DNA from: Antedon mediterranea
Lineage: Eukaryota; Animalia; Echinodermata
Direction of reading: 5' to 3'
DNA length: 64,000 bases
Assembly (NCBI RefSeq): GCF_964355755.1
Contig: NC_092670.1
Location: 33,406,388 to 33,470,387 of the forward strand
Position numbers and translations under genes: made by a program. Under the pieces are notes generated by a model. That model was not told the DNA's origin, made no database searches, and saw only the letters and a program-made list of their open reading frames with translations. Shown here in pieces: positions 55,791 through 64,000 of this stretch; the first letter of the stretch is position 1; the number at the start of each line of letters is the position of its first letter.

Positions 55791-56142
55791 TATATTGAAA
55801 ATATTCTTTTTTCCAAACCAATAATTAGTAAAAACTAACCTTGACAGTTTCGCTGTCCTGATCAGACAGCTTCTTCAGAAATAATGACGATCTATCATCA
55901 AACAGACTGACCTCTAGAGGGCCTATTCTGTTTAATGACAGGGTGGGTCATACACGTGACTGAGTTGGTGGGTGCCCTCGTCTCTGTTGATGATTTGGTT
56001 TCCTCGTCTGCGGATCCAGAGGTCAGTCTGTTTGATGATAGATCGTCATTATTTCTGAAGAAGCTGTCCGATCAGGACAGCGAAACTGTCAAGGTTAGTT
56101 TTTACTAATTATTGGTTTGGAAAAAAGAATATTTTCAATATA
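55791..56142. mobile_element. Penelope-like element remnant: inverted pseudo-LTR pair
   Basis: 128-bp near-perfect inverted arms (55791-55918 / 56015-56142). Each contains CTGAAGAAG-stem-CGAAAC, typical of Penelope pLTRs. Confidence 0.75.
56055..56093 (+). ncRNA. Minimal hammerhead-ribozyme-like motif (mirror copy on the - strand at 55843-55878)
   Basis: CUGAAGA-A-[GCUGUCC gauca GGACAGC]-GAAA-CUG-UC. The core and a 7-bp stem II are intact; stems I and III are minimal. Confidence 0.5.
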
Positions 56143-58166
56143 AAATAATTTGCTGTAGGGATTATAAGGAACACTGTAATTAAAGAACATTGGTACAAGA
56201 GTTATATCCAAGTTTTATCATAAATATTTAGGATGTGGCATTAAAATTTAAGCTTTTTGAAATTGAAAATCTTTCAAGTACAAAATTAATAATATTTCAT
56301 ACTTCCCCTGTGGTATGTACTGTATAGTCTAGATACCAGACTCTAGATATTACTAATAGTAAATACTGTTTACTATAGTTTATGTTTGAATTAGATTATC
56401 AAATCTTTGGATATTAGGACAACCTATTTTATTGTTGTTGATGATAATGTATTAGATTAGTTGACTTCTATTGTAAGATTACACAACTACAAAGTACTAT
56501 TTCAGCAAGATGTGTATTATTGTCAGCTTTGCCTGATGCAAGATGTTTAGGGACTGACACCTCCTTCAATTATTTTGTTTAAATCTTATTTTGTGAATTA
56601 CTATTTCTTAACATACTTGTCTGGAGAGTATAATTGTTCAAATGTTTTTGATGCTGTCTTGAGTAATTGGAGAGGTCTTGGAGGCTGAGGTCTTCAATTC
56701 CAAGGATAGTATTTCACAATATACTAAAAGATCATCCCATTCCCAAAGATCTGTTTTATCTTGCAATAAAATAATTACTTGATTTGATTACAATTGTATT
56801 GTTCTGTTGACCTTCCCATGTAAAACAATATCAGTATGTCTGACCTACAGTACCTTTCCATGGACAACCATGTCAGTATTTCCAATCTTTTCTAATTGCG
56901 TAACAATGATAAAGACATTTCTATTGTTGTTGAACGTAAACTGTAGGTACTACTTAATCTTTTGTTAAGGCCTTAAGTGGTATAGTGCTAACTCGGACAT
57001 TTAATATTAGGTTTTCGACAAAAAACATCTATAGGGTACTGTAGCTTTAGTTTACATTTTAATGGTCACAAAGAAATGGTTTATAATTAGACTAGGAAAA
57101 ATACCCACCAAGTGCAGTTTCCAATGAAGTTTAAAACCTTCCCAGTACAATCCATCATTTTTATAACCATGTTTGTGGATGTGTGTAATATACACTTTCT
57201 CTCCCTAATAATATAGATGGAACTGCAGTGCATTTTTGGTTGGTGGAATTTAAATAGTGTTGTCACTTTTTCACACCAACATTCTCTATCCATAGCTGAT
57301 GATGACCATCCTTTCCAATCCACTCTTTTATGTACAGTAATTTGCCCATGTTTCTGATGCCTATAATTGTTAATGGTATTAATTGAACATTTGGGTGACA
57401 AAGAGAAATTCTCACTAATGAGTTTCCTAGTTGTAGATAGATAACATTTTATAAGACAACAATCTTTTACGATTATCTATCCTTTGATGGTATAGCGTCC
57501 TTCTTTTCTAATGTTACTATACATTATTTATAGTAGTGTTGCAACTAGCAGTTGCTATCTGCCCACACTCTCTTCATTTATCTTTATAAAAGGTTATAAC
57601 AAAATATATAATATTACTTTAAAATCGTGGTTGGCGTGTCGACACACATAAAAATGTATAATATTACTTTTAAATCCATGTTACGTTGTTGACATGCCTA
57701 CACTTTATGTCGGAAAGCAATTTAAAAAAAGTTTCAGTTGCTATAAAGAATATCTCGTGTTTAGCTAGTGATATTTTAAGTTATCTGACTTGATGTTTGA
57801 TGCGATATGACCTGTAATGGACTCGATAAGCAACTAATGAGTACTAAAAGTCATCGTAGATTGTGCATTTAAGAAACTATTTTATTGACAATAGTACAGT
57901 AGTAGTAGCAACATAGCATTTATCAATGAGTTGGATAATATCATGTGACATGAACAGCTTGTTATGTGTCCTATACACTATGTTTTGTATTGTTTGAATG
58001 GAGACGATATTAAACAAATGCTCTTGAATAATACATACGTAATTAACTTAATTACGAGCTTGAAATGTTTCCATCAAAATGTATGTACTCAGCCTGGAGA
58101 GAACAAATCTCATGCAAAGAGAAATTTATGGGAAAGAAAGATAAATATATGTTGCAGTTTAGATGT

Positions 58167-58234
58167 TTATATTCAATCGGAGAAAATAAACTCAGTTTTA
58201 TATTCAATCGGAGAAAATAAACTCAGTTTTATAT
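58167..58234. repeat. ~30-bp tandem duplication
   Basis: tttatattcaatcggagaaaataaactcagt occurs twice. Confidence 0.85.
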
Positions 58235-59429
58235 GATTACAATGTAATGTCAATTTATAAATTTGTTTTGTGCCAAATTATATTAACATTTTAAAGATGG
58301 GTGTTACTGTTGTTTAATGTTGCTATCAATATCATTTTTTGTTGCTTGTTTCCAAAACAGATCCTTTTGAGACTCTTAATAGTGGTGCAGTTTTTGGCAT
58401 AGGACTTTAACAGTGATTTTAACCAACGGTAAACTGCAGTGCAGTACTACCTGAGCCTCAAGACAGTTTCTTTCTGATTTTCTGGTGTCAAACTTTTTCA
58501 AAAACTTGACAACACAATTTAAATATGTTTGTACTTCTCTGTTGTTAAACTTTCATTGAGTGTAATTTGGTATGATTTATATTGTGTTTATAGCTATTTA
58601 ATTTATTCACTGTTGTTGGCAGGATTCTACTGTACATGCAGTACATGTACCATGTACTGTATGCAGAAGTTGCATAGCAACATTTACCAATACTTTGAAG
58701 ATGGTTTAGCCTAAATGGAGTTCTCATGATAGATGTTTATATATCTTTTTAGTCATCCATTTGATGAAAATACTCTAGCTTTCGTCATAGTTGCTTTGTT
58801 GAATGAAGGTTATAGAGTGTTACTCCTCTATGTCTATTTAATATTAGCTATTCATTTACACAATGATTAATGAGACAACGAGAACGTAGAATCCTATGAG
58901 TAATAAACACGCTCATTAGATCACATCCATCCTGTGTTCGTATGCTATTATGTATTATATTGCACCTTAGAGCCCATGTAAATTGCATCCCACATCCAGC
59001 TGACGTTCTAGTTTAGCTGACAGTCACTGCATATCAAATTTGGAATCGTTACGTTTGAATGATTATAGGTAAACTATCCTACTACTATAGGAAATTATTA
59101 TAATTTGTTGTGTTAAATAATACTGATATTAATAAAATAATGATTTTTTAAATAAAACTGAATTATTTTAAAGAAAATATTAGAATACAGTAGGCCTATT
59201 ATTAATTGAATTATAAGGAAATTTATAATAAGAACAATTGATTTATAGCATACTTTTGTGTGTGTGTTTTTTTTTTATGACTACTGTAGCTTTCAACTAA
59301 TTGGATGTCTATGCACAGCCAATAAAAATGATTTGTTCTGGTTTTTAGTGATTAAACATTTAGCTAATTTCATGTCAGGATATCCAACATGATTTAATGC
59401 TATTAAGATCCATTTGTTTGCTCTCGCAG

Positions 59430-59585
59430 GCAGTGGCATAATGCAGTGGGTAAGGGCCCCTGGTTTAGCACTATTAAGGGCCTACAAGGCTGGGTTTACT
59501 GACTGACTGCTCATGATCTGGGGCCCATTAAATTCTGGGCCCTTGGGTGTAGCTAGTGTGCACTCATATAGCAATTACACGACTG
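59430..59585. mobile_element. Degenerate small hAT-like MITE
   Basis: Imperfect TIRs CAGTGGCATAA ... TTACACGACTG with repeated GGGCCC subterminal motifs. Confidence 0.5.
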
Positions 59586-61429
59586 CTACTAGCAGACCAC
59601 ATGGTTTAATTTAATTATGACAGACATTTATGAAATTATGTATGCATTAATGATCTTCTGTTCACGTAGGTTACTTTACTATATTTTTACTAGCACTCAT
59701 TGGCATTGCCATTGATGGCAATTTGTATTCTTTACCTTCTATCTCATGTTCTTGTAGCTTGACTTTTCACGACAGAGCCTTCAGTAAAATCAACCAGCCT
59801 GTCTATTTTGGCATTTATTAATGCAGATTATGGCTATAAAGCAAATAATTCATCATTAAAATTTGTCATTCATAATTGTGAATGTTACAACTTTGACACG
59901 AATTTGTATTTATAAGTAGTTTGAGATGTACAACGTATAAATAAACTTACCGTATGCTCGAAAGCTTTCCCTCTTGAATATTCGCTACCCCGTTCGTTAA
60001 ATGGGTAAGAGCTACGTAATAGAGTAATCTGTTTGAATATGCTCCCCCTTGAGCGGCTCATTTGGTTTAATTCAAACAAGACGCTGTTTTGAAATATTAC
60101 ACTGTTTTGCATTAATTCATCTAGTAGTTAGTAGAATTGATAGGACAAAAATATATCAGAATGAGCAATCCACGATTTTTCTTGTAACATTAATAGTTTC
60201 CCATAAGTAGGCTGTGGTGTATGTAAAGGATGTCTTTGGAGCTGTAGGACTGGACCGATGTAAGCTATTTCTACTATACATGTTGCAAATACTAATCTTA
60301 TACTGTTTGGGCTAGCTGGACACTAAAGTATGCTATACTGGAAGGAGCTGTTATTTTTGACAAAACATTCTGTTCGCGATAAATATGATTTTCTAGAAAG
60401 CCTTGGAAATTTAGCATGTACAGTAAATAAGTGTGCCTGTGTGTAAATTGTCGTTTATGTTTATTATGAGGAGATTACAGATTTTCTAATAAAAGTTCTT
60501 TCTATCTTCAGTTCTCATGTTTATGTGTCAAACTTCCTTATTCTTCTTTACTACAGACAATTATCATTTTCATTTTTAGAGGGTCATGAACTATAGTTAT
60601 TAGGTAAAATGTTTTGCATAAAATGTTGAATATTGTGCCATAAAAAGAGGATGTTTAAAATGAATAATTATATTGACTGACAACTAGATAAAAAACTAAA
60701 TGTAGGATCAGAAGAATATAAAATTGCAAATATTTTATGTCAATTATGTTCCTACTGTGACGACGCATTCAATTTGGTAATTTAATAACAAACCTTATTC
60801 ATAGTATAGTCCAATCTCTGTTGAAAATACCTTTATGCTTGGTATTGTACAGATTCATCATTTTTATTCGACAGCGGGAAACCCTTGACTAAAACAGAAT
60901 GGATTAAAATACATAAACAATTAAAAAAGCATTGATAAAAAATTCATAAAAATGGTCAATAAAAATATCTACTCAATATTTTTCCTTGTAATAACTTACT
61001 TTGCACTAATAATAATAAAACTTCTATTTATCAATCTGAAAAGGATAGTGTCACTTTAATCGATTGCTTTTTGCAAACTTTTTTTGAATTTATGACAGCA
61101 ATATTTCTGTATTTATTTTTGAAAAGATGTAGACAGATATTAAATGGCCTTTCTGTCATACTGGAGCAATTTATTTTGAAACGTTGCCTTTTGCGATAAG
61201 TGTCCTAAGATGCTAGCCGAACGAAATGATGCCATCGTCGCAAAAGTCATTTTAAAAGTTTTGCTGTGATATTGTTCATAGAACCTGCTTGTCATTACAT
61301 ATTACCTAATGTTGGTTAGTTTTTGGTTTAAAAAAAAAATGTTTTTTGTTCTTTATAACTTAAGTTTGAAGATGTGCATATGTGTACTGTACTGTATCTG
61401 TAAAATAAAAAATTATGCAGTCGAACCCT

Positions 61430-61565
61430 TTACCTGTAGAGGACACAACAACAACAAAGTACTTTAATATGGCTACTACCCTCTGAAAAGGGTTCACTAT
61501 ATACACATAAACAAAGCGCTTTGATCACTGTAAAAAGCGCTATATAAATGACAATGTTATGTTCT
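61430..61565 (+). mobile_element. 3' tail of an L2-dependent SINE
   Basis: aaagcgctttgatcactgtaaaaagcgctatataaatg followed by an A/T tail, a typical L2-type 3' stem-loop end. Confidence 0.55.
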
Positions 61566-63085
61566 GTTTATTTCACGTTGGCTGTTTCACTTGGAAAATG
61601 TCTCACTATAAAGCTTTCCTTTGAATACGGGTTGACTGTATGTTAGAAAATATATTTAGTCACCATCGTTCATTTGACAGGAAAGTTTCCCTCATAATAG
61701 GGGTGTCCCAATTCATTGTAGATTCATTTCATACAATGACATTCCTTCAAAATACTGTATGCCCAAAGTCGTGTCAATTTACATTCCAGTCATCAGTTAC
61801 CCAGTTAAGGTATCATTTCATTATACTTAGGATTGTGTCACCGATTTAACAGTATCCGTTTGCGTATTAAACATTGCAATCCCTTTGGCAGCTAAACCGG
61901 TTTCTCTTGGCCTTTTACACCTGCCAGACTAGCCTCTGGTTATGAATTTAAGTTGCCTTGCAAATGGACTACCTGTGGAGAGTATGTGAACTTTGACATG
62001 TACTGGAGATGAGCGCCTTTGTAAGATAACCATGCAGCTGTTATGTTGCTTGCACTCTAATAAAACCATACCGTTGTTTTTGGGCACTCTGTTCAATGTA
62101 CTGTATGTATTAACGGTATTAACATTGTGTTTTGAGAATACTCATTATTATACTCATAATTATTACATTACGAAGGAACCTATTTTAGCCCTACGACAAC
62201 AGAGTCAATTTTTATGGGAAACATATTTTCACTTGTGAAAATTTTATAAGTACAACATTTGAAGTAATTATATAATATTAATATATATATTTTATTTCTT
62301 GGCAATTTCTTACTATGACATTTATTAATTAAAAGTTTGTAATACTGTATAATTTTTCGTTCAGCATGTCCATACAGTAATGTTGATCTCAATAAAAATG
62401 TAGTAGACTTTATTATTCTGATTTACTAATCATCAAAAACACCCACAGAGAATTTATAGATTTCTAATAATTTGATTAGGTTTGTTGTTATAGTGACTAT
62501 AGTATTGGTTATATCCTATCTTGATGATATAGTGTAGTCTTTGATTGTACAGTGTGTGTTTACTGTTGTTATCCTGGAAGATGTCTGTAATCAGATTGAA
62601 TTAATATAGCCCAATTTTGGCATTATTTACACTTAGCCAAAATTCTATCTTAACATTGGTTAATAATGGTTCCCTAATTTAAACAGTTTAATTACTGTCC
62701 AATCATTTCCATATATAGCTCACAAGTTCACCTACAAAATCAGAGAACATTTTTGGGGAAGGTCTAGCCCAAACAAGGAAATCTAACAACAGGATGCTGA
62801 ACTCCGGAGGGTGTATCTTTGGCTGTGACACAATCAGTTCTGCCCACTCACCACGGAGAATATGTACATGTTGGTATTTGTCCCAACCAGACATAACATC
62901 AAAGGACTTTTACGAGTTCCTATATCTTGGCAAGGAGAGCTTAGTGCCCTGTAATTGTTAGATTGCCTTGGTCCAAATCAGTTTGATTTTCTCTTATAAC
63001 ACTAACAGATGAAAAAAATAAACTTTTGTCTATTTTGATGAGAATAAAGTTGTTAATTGTCCTTTCACATTATTCTATCTTACAG

Positions 63086-63287
63086 ATATGATTACCAGGC
63101 ACTGTTGCACAATTCAACGTTTTGTTTAGTGCCACGAGGGCGCCGTCTGGGGTCTTTTCGTTTCTTAGAAGCGCTGCAGGCAGCGTGTATACCAGTTCTT
63201 CTTAGCAATGGTTGGGAATTACCGTTCTCGGAGGTTATAGACTGGGACAGAGCTACCATAGAGGGTGATGAAAGGTTATTACTACAA
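63086..63287 (+). CDS. EXT1: Exostosin-1 coding exon 2 (202 nt)
   Basis: Encodes (K)[67 protein letters not shown], nearly identical to EXT1. Bounded by tacAG and GTAAGT (63288). Confidence 0.97.
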
Positions 63288-63635
63288 GTAAGTTTTCACA
63301 ATTTATTTTACATATTTATCATTATAACAAAGTGTTCAAACAAAGTAATAATTTGTAAGTGTATTTTCACGTTCAAAACATTGTATTCATAAATTTTAAT
63401 AAAGGTTCTGCAAATTTATAATATTTACCTGTCAAATGATAATACAGAATTATAATGATGATGTGTGTGTTGGAACAGGAAATGGTTTCCTATACAACAC
63501 CTGTCAAATTCAAACTATAGAGGGCTCACTTCAGAATATTTACTGTCATTGTGACAAATGTACAGTACAAAATATTAACACTCTCATTTAATTGGTTATC
63601 CGCACTTGGCGGATAACCCCTTGTTATTGTCAGGA

Positions 63636-63666
<31 letters not shown>

Positions 63667-64000
63667 CTATGTTATTCTTCTTTCTTTCCCCGAATTTTGT
63701 TCGCAGCACATCTCTATCTTGTGGCCAACATAAGATTGTATAACTTTGTCATAAGGTTGACCTATAGCTGTAGATGTGCAGCCAAGCTTTTGGACGATTT
63801 TGGAGTTGCGCAGCGTAAGTTACGCGCAATTTCATGAATTTCAATGATTGATCATAGAATAAAAACTAAAAGTTGTTTTGTATTGAAACTTTGTGAAAAT
63901 TTAAGTGAGATCATGCGCAAACTTTCTATGGATTAAAAATGGCATGTTTCACAAAAAGTTACGCGCGCACGCGCGTTTGAAATTTCAAAATGCGAAAAAT
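63288..64000 (+). other. EXT1: Start of the next EXT1 intron (phase 0; runs off the window)
   Basis: GTAAGT follows ERLLLQ, and EXT1 similarity stops there. Confidence 0.9.
63592..64000 (+). mobile_element. Third, diverged Helitron-class copy (5' part, truncated by the window end)
   Basis: A|TTGGTTATCCGCacttgGCGGATAACC, with poly-T in place of (ATC)n. Downstream aaagttacgcgcgcacgcgc.ttt.aaatttcaaaatgcg matches ~33375-33415. Confidence 0.85.

Larger units (their letters stand above)
946..63085 (+). other. EXT1: Giant GT-AG intron of EXT1 (62,140 bp, phase 2)
   Basis: Donor GTAAGT at 946; acceptor ...tattctatcttacAG at 63084-63085. Splicing gives AA|A = Lys and the continuous sequence ...NAEFEK-YDY..., the same position as the first intron of human EXT1 (EYEK/YDY). 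Confidence 0.93.

Noticed and set aside
1460-57305. Other CTGATGA words as hammerheads or C/D snoRNAs (e.g. ~2278, 15822, 29749)
   Set aside because: No stem II with GAAA at the proper spacing, and no terminal stems or guide sequences seen.
946-63085. Nested protein-coding gene or autonomous transposase/RT in the intron
   Set aside because: All other ORFs are under ~145 aa, compositionally biased or TE relics, and I found no consistent exon chain. Small exons could have been missed by eye.
63057-63392. 111-aa ORF as an independent gene
   Set aside because: It is exon 2 plus intronic read-through on both sides.

Overview
This is AT-rich animal genomic DNA. The species cannot be determined from sequence; a marine invertebrate is a guess. 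The window holds the 5' part of an exostosin-1 gene (EXT1/tout-velu, heparan sulfate polymerase) on the + strand: coding exon 1 (56-945), a 62,140-bp phase-2 intron (946-63085), and coding exon 2 (63086-63287), which equals human exons 2+3 fused. A further intron runs off the window. I found no convincing nested gene. The intron is a transposon graveyard: mariner/pogo-, hAT-, Harbinger-, Kolobok-, Mutator- and P-like non-autonomous elements, foldbacks, SINEs, RTE LINE relics, minisatellites, Helitron-class elements and an inverted Penelope-like repeat with hammerhead-like cores. The most unusual signals are four. (1) TACAGTA/TACTGTA and TAGGCCTA are pervasive, and TACAGTA/TACTGTA behave as insertions at TA when repeat copies are compared, suggesting a dense record of transposon excision footprints. 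(2) A Helitron-class element has inserted into the (ATC)n microsatellite of its own sister copy. (3) A dispersed repeat family ends in CAG|GTAAG, giving candidate TE-derived recursive splice sites. (4) The Penelope-like repeat carries paired hammerhead-like motifs. All counts and alignments were done by eye.
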